Shown: positions 22,065 through 32,203 of the stretch, one piece after another
How the letters are laid out: each line of letters starts with the position of its first letter
How positions within the stretch are numbered: the first letter of the stretch is position 1
DNA from: an uncultured Solirubrobacterales bacterium
GTDB taxonomy: Bacteria; Actinomycetota; Thermoleophilia; Solirubrobacterales; Solirubrobacteraceae
Length of the DNA: 64,000 nt
Direction of reading: 5' to 3'
Assembly: GCA_963797905.1 (NCBI GenBank)
Contig: CAWCRB010000001.1
Location: forward strand, 185,286 to 249,285
Program-made: the position numbers and the translations under genes
Notes under the pieces: generated by a model
The model's database searches: none
What the model was told of the DNA's origin: nothing
What the model saw: only the letters and a program-made list of their open reading frames with translations

Positions 22065-23818
22065 ATGCTCGATCCGCGCCTCTACCGCACGGGTTTCATC
22101 GCGGTCGCCATGGCGCTGATCGTCGTCGCGTTCTCGCTCGTCAACCAGCCGGGCCCGTTGGGCTCGAGCCTGGCCCCCGACGCCTTCAACGGCCCGACCG
22201 CGTTTGCCCAGATGGGTTCGCTGGCACGAGCGAACCCGCAGCGCCGTCCCGGCTCCCCGGGGGACGACGACGTCGCCTCGATCGTGGCCGGCAAGCTCCG
22301 CGGCGACGGCTACTCTGTCCGGCAGGACACGTTCACCGGGCGCACGGCCGACGGCCGGCGGACGCTGGAGAACGTCGTCGCCACCCGCACCGGGCTCACG
22401 CCGGGGACGATCGTCGTCCTCTCCCACCGGGACTCGCTCAACTCTCCCGGCACGCTGACCTCTCCGGGACGGCGGCGATGATCGAACTCGCGCGGGCGCT
22501 CGCCGGCCAGCACGTCCAGCACACGCTCGTGATGGCCTCCGTGTCCGGGTCGGCCGGCGGGGCGGGGGCCCGCCGGCTCGCGCAGACGCTCCCCGGACCG
22601 ATCGACGCGGTGATCGCGCTCGGCGACCTCGCGGCCGCGCACCCCCACGGAGCCGCGGTCGTGCCGTGGTCGATCGGGCCGCAGGTCGCCCCGCCGGCGC
22701 TGCGGAACACCGTCGCCTCGGCGCTCACCGCCCAGGCCGGCGTCCCCGCCGGCAACTTCGGGATCGCCGGCCAGCTCGGCCGCCTCGCGGTGCCGATGAC
22801 GCTCGGCGAGCAGGCTCCGTTCGGAGCGCGCGGGATCCCGGCCGTCACGCTGTCGCTGATCTCCGACGCCCGCTCGACTCCCGGCGAACCGCTCTCCCCC
22901 GATCAGCTCACCGCCACTGGGCGCGCGGTGCTGGTCGCCGTCAACGCGCTGGACAGCGGTCCGCGGATGCCGACCGCGAAGCCCTACCTCGTGCTCTCCG
23001 GGAAGGTGATCCCGGTGTGGGCGGCCCAGCTGCTGGTGCTCGCGCTGCTCGTGCCCGTGATGCTCGTGGCGGTCGACGGTCTCGCCCGGGCCCGCCGCCG
23101 TGGCTACTCCGTCAGCTCCGGGATCCTGCGTGCCTTCTCCGGAGCGGTCCCGTTCCTGCTCGCGGGCGCGTTCGCGGTGCTCGCCCGCGTGCTCGGCTGG
23201 GTCGACGCTCCGCCGGGCCCGGTCGGCTCCGGCGAGTTCCCGCTCCAGGGGGCGGGCGTCGGGCTCGTCGTCGTCGTCGGACTCGTGCTGGTGATCGGAA
23301 TGCCCCTGTGGGCGTGGCTCCAGTTCCGCCGCCGCGGCGCGCAAGGACCCGATCCTGCGCAGGCCGTCGGCACGCTGCTGCTGCTCGTGCTCGTCACGTT
23401 CGCACTCGGGATCGTCAACCCGTTCGACGCGATTCTCGCCGTCCCGGCCGTGCACCTGTGGATGTGGCTGCTCGACGGCGAGCTGCGGCCGCACCCCGCG
23501 CTCGCCGTCGCGTTGATCGTGCTCGGCCTCGTCGCCCCGGTCCTGATCCTGCTCGACTACGCCCATGCCCTCGGGCTCGGCATCGGCGAGCTTCCGTGGA
23601 ACAGCCTGCTGCTGATCGCCGGCGGGGCGATCGGGCCCGTGCTCGTCGCGCTGTGGTGCGTGCTCGCAGGGTGCACACTGGGAGTCGTGACGCTTGCCAC
23701 GCAGAAGGTGTTCAGCCCGTCGCCCGAGGACGGCCCGGTCACCGTGCGCGGCCCGGTGACGTACGCCGGGCCGGGCTCGCTCGGCGGAACCGAGTCGGCG
23801 TTGAGGGTCCGTCGATGA
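22065..23818 (+). CDS. Polytopic membrane protein with degenerate peptidase M28-like ectodomain, frameshift near 22450
   Basis: N-terminal TM; NVVA...IVVLSHRDS / ADLSGTAAMIELAR; about 7 C-terminal hydrophobic segments. Confidence 0.7.
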
Positions 23819-23975
23819 GATGCCTGCGGTCCGAGGGGGCCGACACGCGTCGCGGATGCGGCGTCCTCGGGGCTCGGCGCAGCGATGCTGCGCCGTCACC
23901 CCTGCGTCCTTGCCCCGCTCGCCCGTCGGCCCCCTCGCATCCGCACCCACCTCACCGGCGGACCCTGGGGGGCCG

Positions 23976-24812
23976 ATGACGGTCGAGAAGGACACGGCCG
24001 CCGAGACGGACGCCGCCGCCGAGAAGGACGCCGCCGTCGAGGAGTCGCCGGCGACCGCCCCGGAGGGAGGGGCCACCGTGCGGAGATCACCGATCACCGT
24101 CCGCCGCCTGATCCGCGACGTCTCCTCGGTCCTGATCATCTCCGGCCTGCTGCTCGTCGCCGATGCCGCCGCGACGATCCTGTGGCAGGAGCCGGTGACT
24201 GCCGTGATCGCCGCGATCAAGCAGGCCAACGTCGACACCCGCCTGCTTTCCGAGCACGCGACGCCGCTCTCGGGCCACGATCTCCGTGCGCTCCGCGCCG
24301 CGCGGACCCAGCGCGCCCGCGTCGCCTACCTCGCCCGTCGTGAGTCCCGCCAGGCCCGCACCGGCCAGGCCGTCGGCCGGATCCTGATCCCCAAGATCGG
24401 TGTGAGCTTCGCCGTCATCCAGGGCACCGACGCCCCGAGCCTCGAGCGCGGTCCCGGCCACTATCCCGACACCGCCTTCCCCGGCCTCGGTCGCACGGTG
24501 GCGATCGCCGGTCACCGCACGACCTACCTGGCGCCGTTCCGGCACATCGACAGCCTGCGGCCGGGCGACCGGATCGAGCTGCGGATGCCGTACGCGCACT
24601 TCACCTACCGCGTCCAGCGGACCCAGATCGTGCTGCCGACTGCGCTGTGGGTGACGCACGACGTCGGCTACGACCGCCTCGTCCTCTCGGCCTGCAACCC
24701 GCTGTACAGCGCCGCTCAGCGGATCATCATCTTCGCCCAGCTCGCCTCCGTGCAGCCGACCGCCGAGGCGGCGGCCGGCGGGCCGCTGAAGACGACGACG
24801 CTGCGGGGGTAG
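23976..24812 (+). CDS. Sortase (class E-like)
   Basis: N-terminal TM; GPGHYP, IAGHRTTY and LVLSACNPLYSAAQR (His/Cys/Arg triad). Confidence 0.92.
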   Translation: MTVEKDTAAETDAAAEKDAAVEESPATAPEGGATVRRSPITVRRLIRDVSSVLIISGLLLVADAAATILWQEPVTAVIAAIKQANVDTRLLSEHATPLSGHDLRALRAARTQRARVAYLARRESRQARTGQAVGRILIPKIGVSFAVIQGTDAPSLERGPGHYPDTAFPGLGRTVAIAGHRTTYLAPFRHIDSLRPGDRIELRMPYAHFTYRVQRTQIVLPTALWVTHDVGYDRLVLSACNPLYSAAQRIIIFAQLASVQPTAEAAAGGPLKTTTLRG

Positions 24813-24841
24813 CCGCGCTGGGGCCACGCCGCGCCCATTCA

Positions 24842-25104
24842 ACACGTCACTCATGCGCGGTTGGCCGGCGTGTGACGTGTCAAGCCGCCTGGCGCGGCCT
24901 GGTGCGTCACGCGCCGCGCCGACCGCCGCGCCTGTCGTGTCATGCCGCGCAAACCGCGGCATTCCCTGACACTCAGTGGCCCCCGGGTCCCGCACCCACA
25001 TCCCCGTGTGTCAGCCCGCCATTCCGCACCGGATTTTCGTGCGGAGACGGCGGGTATGGACTGTGATGACGGTCGATCTCGTCCCCAGTGTGATCACGAT
25101 CGAC
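24842..25104. other. Intergenic chain of six inverted repeats (possible structured RNA or operator array)
   Basis: Stems at 24842/24880, 24891/24920, 24942/24962, 24966/25014, 25015/25054 and 25072/25104. Confidence 0.45.
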
Positions 25105-25159
25105 GGGATCGTTCGTCTGTGGGGTCCAGACCCGATAAGGCATCCGTCGATGCGCGCCG

Positions 25160-25525
25160 ATGCTGGAGAACACCATGAACAGAAATCAGGAGAGATTGAG
25201 TGATCTGAAGGCGCGGGTCGGCCGCGGCGAGTACGTCGTCGATCCGCATCGGGTCGCCGACGCGATGGTCAACCGCCTGCGGTTCCTCGCCGCGACGCGC
25301 GCCGAGCGCGTGGAGGCGACCGCCCGGGCGGAGGCCCGGGGCCTCGCCGATCACCCGATGTGGTCGTACCCGCGCAGGCCCGGAGGGCCGTCCGCGAACA
25401 CCGCGGCGGCCTCCCCGGGGACCACCCGCCCGACCCAGCTGAGGGGAAGCGGCGGCTCGACCTCGGCGAGCAGCCGCTCAGCCGCCGCGCGCGCGCAGGC
25501 CGGCAGGCACAGGCACAGCTCGTAG
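25160..25525 (+). CDS. FlgM-like anti-sigma-28 factor (C-terminal domain only)
   Basis: [26 protein letters not shown] resembles the FlgM sigma-binding helices; CCGATAA sigma28-like -10 at 25132-25138. The 3' part overlaps thiL and is uncertain. Confidence 0.6.
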   Translation: MLENTMNRNQERLSDLKARVGRGEYVVDPHRVADAMVNRLRFLAATRAERVEATARAEARGLADHPMWSYPRRPGGPSANTAAASPGTTRPTQLRGSGGSTSASSRSAAARAQAGRHRHSS

Positions 25526-26376
25526 TCCTCGCCCGCGGTGGCCGCGAACGCCCCCGGGTCCTCGCCGAGCTCGACCGCGACCGCGGCGACGCCCGGCGCG
25601 AGTGGCAGCTCTCCGAGCTGAAGCTCGATCCGCACCTCAGAGCGCCGTGCGAGCTGGGCCGCGTCTCCGGCCAGCCCGTCGGACAGGTCGATCATCGCCC
25701 GCGCGCCCGCCGCCGCCAGCGCTCGCCCGGCCGCCAGACGCGGTCGCGGGGACGCGTACCGCTCGCGCAGCGCGCCGGCCGTGACGGGATCGGGCGCCGT
25801 CGCCCGGCCGTCGAGGAGCGCGAGCCCGGCGCCCGAGGCGCCGAGCGTCCCGGTCACGCCGACCAGGTCACCGACCTGGGCCCCATCGCGGCCGACGAGC
25901 CGCTCCGCCCGGTCGGTCCAGCCGACGACGGTGAACGCCACCGCGAGCGCCGGTCCGCGGCTGACGTCGCCCCCCGCGATCTGAACTCCATGCTCGGCGG
26001 CGAGGCGGGCCGCGCCCGCCATCAGCTCGGCGGCGGCGCTGCGTGGGAGCTCGGCCGGCACCGTCAGCGCCGCGTAGGCCTCGATCCCGCCTGGGCCGAG
26101 GCCCATCGCGGCGAGGTCCGACAGCGCTCCGGCGAGGGCGCGATGGCCGATCTCCGCCGGTGTCAGCTGGGCGCGACGGAAGTGGACCCCGTCGACCATC
26201 TGATCGACCGAGGTGACTGCGTAGCCGGCTCCGCGGGTGACCGCCGCGTCGTCTCCGATCCCGCGGAGCAGACGTCCACCCGGCTCCGGCAGCCCGTGCG
26301 CGAACTCCTCGATCAGCTCGAACTCGCCGGAGGGTGGATCCGGCTCGTCGGCGCGCGGAGGGGGAGTGTCAGCGAT
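25351..26376 (-). CDS. thiL: Thiamine-monophosphate kinase; start codon uncertain
   Basis: [35 protein letters not shown] and GEDYEL. The conserved N-terminus lies upstream of the first ATG (26199). Confidence 0.9.
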   Translation of the reverse strand: MADTPPPRADEPDPPSGEFELIEEFAHGLPEPGGRLLRGIGDDAAVTRGAGYAVTSVDQMVDGVHFRRAQLTPAEIGHRALAGALSDLAAMGLGPGGIEAYAALTVPAELPRSAAAELMAGAARLAAEHGVQIAGGDVSRGPALAVAFTVVGWTDRAERLVGRDGAQVGDLVGVTGTLGASGAGLALLDGRATAPDPVTAGALRERYASPRPRLAAGRALAAAGARAMIDLSDGLAGDAAQLARRSEVRIELQLGELPLAPGVAAVAVELGEDPGAFAATAGEDYELCLCLPACARAAAERLLAEVEPPLPLSWVGRVVPGEAAAVFADGPPGLRGYDHIG

Positions 26377-26590
26377 GGCGGTAGACGATCCGGGCCCGGT
26401 CCAGGTCGTAGGGCGAAAGCTCCACGCGGACGCGGTCGCCCGGCAGGATCCGGATCCGGAAGCGGCGCATCTTGCCGGCCACGTGGCCGAGCACGACGCG
26501 GTCCATGTTGTCGAGCTTGACGCGGAACATCGCGTTCGGCAGGGCCTCCACGACCTCGCCCTCGAGCTCTACCTTTTCTTCCTTGGGCAT
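26369..26590 (-). CDS. infA: Translation initiation factor IF-1
   Basis: [15 protein letters not shown]...[18 protein letters not shown]. Confidence 0.98.
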   Translation of the reverse strand: MPKEEKVELEGEVVEALPNAMFRVKLDNMDRVVLGHVAGKMRRFRIRILPGDRVRVELSPYDLDRARIVYRHR

Positions 26591-26639
26591 GCCGCCGCGA
26601 GGCTAGCAGTGGCGCGTCCGGGTGGTCGGCGGCTGCCGC

Positions 26640-28838
26640 CTAATGGTGCTTGACGCCGGTCCCGCCGGTGCTCGGCGAGTGGCCGTTGCCGAAGCCGGAC
26701 GGCGGGGTGTTCGTCGCCGGCGCGGGGCTCGCCGCGGGCTGCGGCGGGTGGGCGTACAGCGTCGAATTGTTGTACGGGTTGCTCACCCCGGCGCCGCCGG
26801 TGGTGCTCGTTCCGTTGCCGGAGCTGTTCCCGTTGCCGTTACCCGAGCCATTTCCGTTCCCGTTGCCCGAGCTGGAGTTGCCGGTGGTCGAGAAGCGGCC
26901 GAAGAACGCGGTGCCCTGGAACGGGACCGACGGCTGGGTCCAGTCGCTGCAGTAGCCGTTCGATGCCGCGGCCATGTAGTCGTGCCAGATCGGCGCGGCC
27001 AGGGTGCCGCCGAAGCCGGGGCCGAGACCGTTGACGTCGTTCATCGAGATCGTCGAGTTCGGGTAGCCGACCCACACGGCGGTCGTCAGCTGCGGGGTGA
27101 AGCCGTCGAAGTACGCGTCCGTGAAGCTGCTCGTCGTGCCGGTCTTCCCGGCGGCCGGGCAGCCGTAGTCGGCGGCGGTGCCGGTGCCGTGGGTGATGAC
27201 GCCCTTCATCACCTGGATCGCCTTGTACGCCTCACCATCGGTGAACACCCGGCGTGACGGGCTCTGCCCGAGGTTGGCCACGCTGCCGTCGCCGAACACG
27301 ACCTTGCTGATCGCCGTCGGGTCGTGATGGACGCCGCCGTCGGCGATCGTCGCGTAGGCGTCGGCCATCTCCAGCGGCGACACGCCGACGGCGCCGAGCG
27401 CCTCGGAGGGGAAGCCGGTGAGCGGCGAGGTGATGCCCATCGCGTGGGCCATGTCGGACACCTTGGCGATCGTCAGGTCCTGGGCGAGCTGCGCGAACAC
27501 GGTGTTGTCGGACTGCGCGGTGGCGTCGGTGATGTTGATCGTGCCGGCGTAGGAGTGCTCGGAGGTCTGCACGTGGTAGGTCGGGTACCCCGGCAGCCAG
27601 CCCGGGAGCAGCTCGTGTGAGTCGTAGTAGGTCTGATCGGGGTCGCCGTGGTAGTCGTGGATCAGGGTCATCAGCGAGAAGACCTTGAACGCGGAGCCCG
27701 TCTGGCGGTGCGACTGCGTGGCGTAGTCGAAGTTCGTCTGGCCGTAGTTGGAGGTCGTGGCCATGGCCATGATGTGGCCGTTGTGGGGGTCGATCGAGAC
27801 GAGCGCGGCCGCCGGATCCCCGGGCTGGCCCTCGTTGTTGAGCAGCGCCGTGCGGGCCTCGGCCTGGCGTTTGAGGTCGATCGTCGTATAGACCTTCAGC
27901 CCGCCCTTCTCCACCGTGCGTAGCCCGAAGTGCTGGATCAGCTGGTCCTTGACGTAGTCGAACACGTACGGCTCGCGCTTGAGGCCGTAGGTGTTGTTGC
28001 GCTGGAGCTCGAGCGGGGCGTGCTCGGCATCGTCGGCCTGCGAGCGCGTGATGTAGTGCGACTGCACCATCGCCTCGAGGACCTGCTGGCGGCGGCGGAG
28101 CGCGAGGTGCGGGGCGAGGAACGGGTTGTACTGCGACGGCGCCTGGGGCAGGCCGGCGAGCAGCGCCATCTGCGGCAGATCGAGCTTCGTCACCGGACGG
28201 TCGAACAGGAGCTGCGAGGCGGCGGCGACGCCGACCGCGGTCTGACCGCCGAGCGTGCCGTAGTCGACGTCGTTGAGGTACTGGATCAGGATCGAGTTCT
28301 TGCTGCGCTTCTTCTCGAGCTGCTGCGCGAGCTTCGCCTGGATGATCTTGTACCGCAGGTCGTGGTGGTTGCGGATGTTGTTCGGCAGGTAGTCGTTGTC
28401 GACGAGCTGCATCGTCAGCGTCGAGCCGCCCTGCACGCTGCGGCCACCGCCGAACACGTCGCGCACGCCGGCGCGCAGGATGCCCTGGAAATCGACCCCG
28501 CCGTGCTGGTAGAAGCGGCGGTCCTCGATCGCGACCGTCGCCTGCTTCAGCGTCTTCGGGATCTGGCTGTCCGGCGCGTACGTGCGCAGCACGTCGGAGG
28601 CGATGTAGCCGAGCAGGCTGCCGTCACTGCCGTAGACCTCTGAGACCTGACCCGGGTCGCGGGCCTGCAGCTGGCTGATGTCGGGAGCCGAGTCGGCGAC
28701 GTTGACCACCCATCCGGCCACGCCGGCCACGCCCCCGGCGAGCGCGATCACGGTGAGGATCACCCCGACGAGCAGCACCCGCCGGATCGGATGCCCACGG
28801 TTGCGCTGACGCCGGCGCTGTCGCTCACGGCGGCTCAT
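26640..28838 (-). CDS. Class A penicillin-binding protein (transglycosylase/transpeptidase)
   Basis: EDRRFYQHGG, GGSTLTMQL, SAFK, SDN and KTG; Gly/Asn low-complexity tail. Confidence 0.95.
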   Translation of the reverse strand: MSRRERQRRRQRNRGHPIRRVLLVGVILTVIALAGGVAGVAGWVVNVADSAPDISQLQARDPGQVSEVYGSDGSLLGYIASDVLRTYAPDSQIPKTLKQATVAIEDRRFYQHGGVDFQGILRAGVRDVFGGGRSVQGGSTLTMQLVDNDYLPNNIRNHHDLRYKIIQAKLAQQLEKKRSKNSILIQYLNDVDYGTLGGQTAVGVAAASQLLFDRPVTKLDLPQMALLAGLPQAPSQYNPFLAPHLALRRRQQVLEAMVQSHYITRSQADDAEHAPLELQRNNTYGLKREPYVFDYVKDQLIQHFGLRTVEKGGLKVYTTIDLKRQAEARTALLNNEGQPGDPAAALVSIDPHNGHIMAMATTSNYGQTNFDYATQSHRQTGSAFKVFSLMTLIHDYHGDPDQTYYDSHELLPGWLPGYPTYHVQTSEHSYAGTINITDATAQSDNTVFAQLAQDLTIAKVSDMAHAMGITSPLTGFPSEALGAVGVSPLEMADAYATIADGGVHHDPTAISKVVFGDGSVANLGQSPSRRVFTDGEAYKAIQVMKGVITHGTGTAADYGCPAAGKTGTTSSFTDAYFDGFTPQLTTAVWVGYPNSTISMNDVNGLGPGFGGTLAAPIWHDYMAAASNGYCSDWTQPSVPFQGTAFFGRFSTTGNSSSGNGNGNGSGNGNGNSSGNGTSTTGGAGVSNPYNNSTLYAHPPQPAASPAPATNTPPSGFGNGHSPSTGGTGVKHH

Positions 28839-29031
28839 CGGCGGGGTGCGGGCCGCGTCTCGACGCGGGTGGGGGTCGTGGGTTCAACCATCGAACTGGC
28901 GGGCTGGGCGACGACGAGGGACCTGGTCGCCGCCGGCGAGGACAGGGATTTTAGTCGGTCGCCTTCGCCGGCCCTCCGGTTGTTCGCGGATCGCACCTGC
29001 GATCCTGCCGCCGGATGGCGGCGTGCGCAGC

Positions 29032-29761
29032 GTGACTCCCGGTGAGCGTCCGTCCCGCCGCCGGTCCGCGCTGCTGATCGACGCGCTCGGCACGCTCCTG
29101 GCGCTCGAGGACCCGGTGCCCGCGCTTCGTGCCGAGCTCCGTGGGCGGTTCGCCGTCGCGGTCAGCGAGGCCGAGGCCGCGACCGCGCTGGCGGCCGAGA
29201 TCGCGTTCTACCGCGCGCATCTCCAGCAGGGGCGCGACCGCCCGGCGCTCGCCGCGCTGCGCGGTCGCTGCGCGGAGGTGCTCCGGGACGCGCTGCCCGA
29301 CCGCGACGGCCTCCACGCGCGCTCACGCGCGGAGATGACCGGGGCGCTGCTCGCCGCGCTGCGCTTCCGCGCCTTCGCCGACGCTGCCCCGGCCTTGGCC
29401 GGCGCTCGCGCGCGCGGGGGTGCGGATCGTCGCCGTGTCGAACTGGGACGTCTCGCTCGAGGACGTGCTCGGGCGGGTGGGCCTGCGCGAGCTGCTCGAC
29501 GGCGTCGTCACCTCCGCGGCGGCCGGTGCGCGCAAGCCGGACCCGACCCCGTTCCGGGACGCCCTTCAGCTGGTCGGGGCGGGCGCCGACGAGGCGCTGC
29601 ACGTCGGTGACAGCGCGGCGGAGGATCTCGCCGGGGCACGCGCGGCCGGGATCGAGGGGCTGCTGCTGATCCGCGATCGGGCCGAGGCGGCCCCGTCCGG
29701 CGTGGGTGTGATCCACAGCCTCGACGAGCTCGCGGTCCATCTAGATTCACCGCCGAGATGA
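29032..29761 (+). CDS. HAD-superfamily hydrolase, frameshift near 29415
   Basis: LLIDALGTL in the first frame; VSNWD, KPDP and HVGDS...DLAGA in the second. Confidence 0.85.
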
Positions 29762-30613
29762 GCGTCCCCCCGCCCCCGGTCTCCGCGGCGCCGCCCGTCG
29801 GCTCCGAGCCCGCACCTCCGTTCCCGCTGTGGACGGCCCCGGCCGCGATCCTGCTCGGCCTCGGCCTCGGACAGGTCGGGGTGATCATCGTCGGGGTCAT
29901 CGGCCACGCCGCCGGCGGCTCCACCCTCGCCCATCCCTCGCCGGCGGTGAGCCTGATCTCCGACGTCGTCGCCGACGCGGCCTTCGTGCTCGCGGCGCTC
30001 TACTTCATCCGCATCGGGCGGCGGGTCACGGCGGCGGAGCTCGGCTTCGTGCGCGTTCCCCTGGCCAGGGCCGTGATCACGGTCCCGGTGGTGTTCATCG
30101 TCTACTTCCTGGTCACGCTCGTCTACGCCTCGGTGTTCTCCCTGCACGGCAAGGACAAGCTGCCGAGCGAGCTCGGGATCCACCACTCCACGGCGGCGCT
30201 GGCCGCGGCGGCGGTGTTCGTGTGCGTGATCGCCCCGATGGCCGAGGAGCTGTTCTTCCGGGGGTTCCTCTTCGGGGTGATCTCCCGTGCGAGGGGGGGT
30301 GTACCCCGCCACCCGTGGCCCGCGGCGGTGATCGTCGGCGTGCTGTTCGGCGCGGCCCATCTCGGATCCGCCTCGGCCGCCTACCTCCCGCCGCTCGCGT
30401 TCCTCGGCTTCCTGCTCTGCATCGTCCGCTGGCAGACCGGCTCGCTGTACCCCTGCATGGCGCTGCACGCCCTCAACAACGGCCTCGCGCTCGGCCTCAA
30501 CGAGCTGCACTGGAACGCGGCCGAGATCGCGGGGCTGATCATCACCTCGTGGGTGCTGATCGCGGTTGTTCACCTGGCCGCTCGCCGCCCCCCGGGAGCC
30601 CGTGCCCGTCTGA
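29758..30613 (+). CDS. CPBP (CAAX/Abi) intramembrane metalloprotease
   Basis: APMAEELFFRG, FGAAH and HALNN. Natural end TWPLAAPREPVPV* is reached via a +1 indel near 30570. Confidence 0.88.
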
Positions 30614-30688
30614 ATGCGGACGCATGGCGCGTTGCGGGCCGGCCCAGGGCCGCGACATTCGCCCGGCGCCCTGATTTACTGACCGCCC

Positions 30689-31738
30689 ATGGCCTCCCTC
30701 CTCCCGCGGGCGCTCGCGCTGTCCGCCGCGCTCTCGCTGTTGCTCGGAGTCGCGGTGGCTGGTGCCACGACCCCCACGAGCACCACCACGACGACGACCA
30801 CCACGACGTCGTCGACCACGACCGTTCCGAGCAAGCCAAAGCCGAAGCCGAAGCCGGCGGCGAGTGGGACGCTCCACGTCCACACGACCGGGTTGTTCTC
30901 CGTCGCTGGTCAGCCGATGACCGTCCCGGGCCGTGGCGTCTGGGTGTCCGGCGTCGTGCGTCCGTACGTGGCGCACCAGGTCGTGACCATGCGGGTGGTC
31001 CTCTCCGGGCGCACGATCGCCACCCGGCGCGTCGGGGTCGCCGCCTCCCGCGGCCGGACCTACGGCCACTTCAGCCTGCGGCTCGCGCCACGCAGCTCGG
31101 GCGGCCTGACGGTGCTCATCAGCCACTCCGCCAGCGCCCAGCAGAAGTCGTTCTCGGGCCGTGCGGGGTACGCGATCGTCGATCCACACGCCGGGTTCGG
31201 GGCGACGGGACGTTTCGTCGAGCTGATCCAGCAACGCCTCCAGTCGCTGCACATCTTCGTCCGCCGGACCGGCGTCTACGACGGCCAGACGGGGCTCGCG
31301 ATCGACGCCTACCACCGGCTGATGCGCTGGGGCACCTCACAGAGCCTCGGTCCCGCGACGATCGGCGCGCTGATGGCCGGCCGCGGGGCCTTCCACATCC
31401 GCTACCCGAGTCAGGGCCACCATGCCGAGGGCAATCTCGGGCTGCAGTTGCTGGCCCTCGCCGATGGGTCGCGCGTCCGGTACATCTACCCGATCAGCTC
31501 GGGCAAGCCGTCGACGCCGACGATCCTGGGCAGCTTCCGGGTCTACCGGCGGGACCCCGGCTACCTGCCCGACGGCATGTACTACTCGAGCTTCTTCACC
31601 GGTGGCTACGCGATCCACGGGTTCGACCCCGCGCCGGACTATCCGGCCAGCCACGGCTGCATGCGGGTGCCGATCGGTGACGCGATCCCGATCTACTACT
31701 GGCTGGGCTTCGGCAACTGGGTCGACTCCTACTACTAG
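30689..31738 (+). CDS. L,D-transpeptidase (YkuD) with PG-binding-like domain
   Basis: Signal peptide, Thr-rich linker, SSGKPSTPT and YAIHG...ASHGCMR. Confidence 0.9.
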   Translation: MASLLPRALALSAALSLLLGVAVAGATTPTSTTTTTTTTTSSTTTVPSKPKPKPKPAASGTLHVHTTGLFSVAGQPMTVPGRGVWVSGVVRPYVAHQVVTMRVVLSGRTIATRRVGVAASRGRTYGHFSLRLAPRSSGGLTVLISHSASAQQKSFSGRAGYAIVDPHAGFGATGRFVELIQQRLQSLHIFVRRTGVYDGQTGLAIDAYHRLMRWGTSQSLGPATIGALMAGRGAFHIRYPSQGHHAEGNLGLQLLALADGSRVRYIYPISSGKPSTPTILGSFRVYRRDPGYLPDGMYYSSFFTGGYAIHGFDPAPDYPASHGCMRVPIGDAIPIYYWLGFGNWVDSYY

Positions 31739-31789
31739 GAGCCGATTCCGGGTGGGCCTCGGCCCGCGGCACCCGGAGGATGCGCGGGC

Positions 31790-32155
31790 TCAGCTGAGTC
31801 CGCGTGAATAGCGGGCCAGGTATCCCAGCCCGAGCCCGTAGACGATCAGTCCGACCGCGGTCGGGATGCCGTGCTTGACCCAGTCGCTGTCCGACGGCAC
31901 GATCGCGGCGAACGGCGAGGTGAGGGCATGGGCGGCGCCGTCGATGAACCGGCGGGGCTGGGCGGTGTGGTGAACCGGCGGGGCGGCCGGCGAATACTGG
32001 CCGGTCCCCTGGGCGGACTGGGGCGTGCCGGCGACGAGCTGGCTCACCTGCTGCTTGGACGCACCCGAGAGCTGGCTCAGCGCGAACAGCCCGAACGAGA
32101 TCGTGATCAGGGCGCAGCAGAGGAACGACACGAGGCTGAGCGAACGATGCACCAT
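31790..32155 (-). CDS. Small two-TM hypothetical membrane protein
   Basis: Two hydrophobic segments; fills the gap between the LDT gene and pyrE. Confidence 0.65.
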   Translation of the reverse strand: MVHRSLSLVSFLCCALITISFGLFALSQLSGASKQQVSQLVAGTPQSAQGTGQYSPAAPPVHHTAQPRRFIDGAAHALTSPFAAIVPSDSDWVKHGIPTAVGLIVYGLGLGYLARYSRGLS

Positions 32156-32203
32156 CGCATCACTCGGTATCGAGCGCTCGTCGGGTTAGCATGAGCGCCG
32201 CCG

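Noticed and set aside
24940-24965. c-di-GMP-I riboswitch suggested by GCAAACC
   Set aside because: The downstream GNRA loop, GCAAAGC and receptor elements are absent.
26800-26885. Short tandem CCGTT repeats
   Set aside because: They encode the Gly/Asn low-complexity tail of the PBP, which is ordinary.
29758-31680. 640-aa CPBP fusion ORF
   Set aside because: Read-through from an indel near 30570; the downstream part is an off-frame translation of the L,D-transpeptidase.
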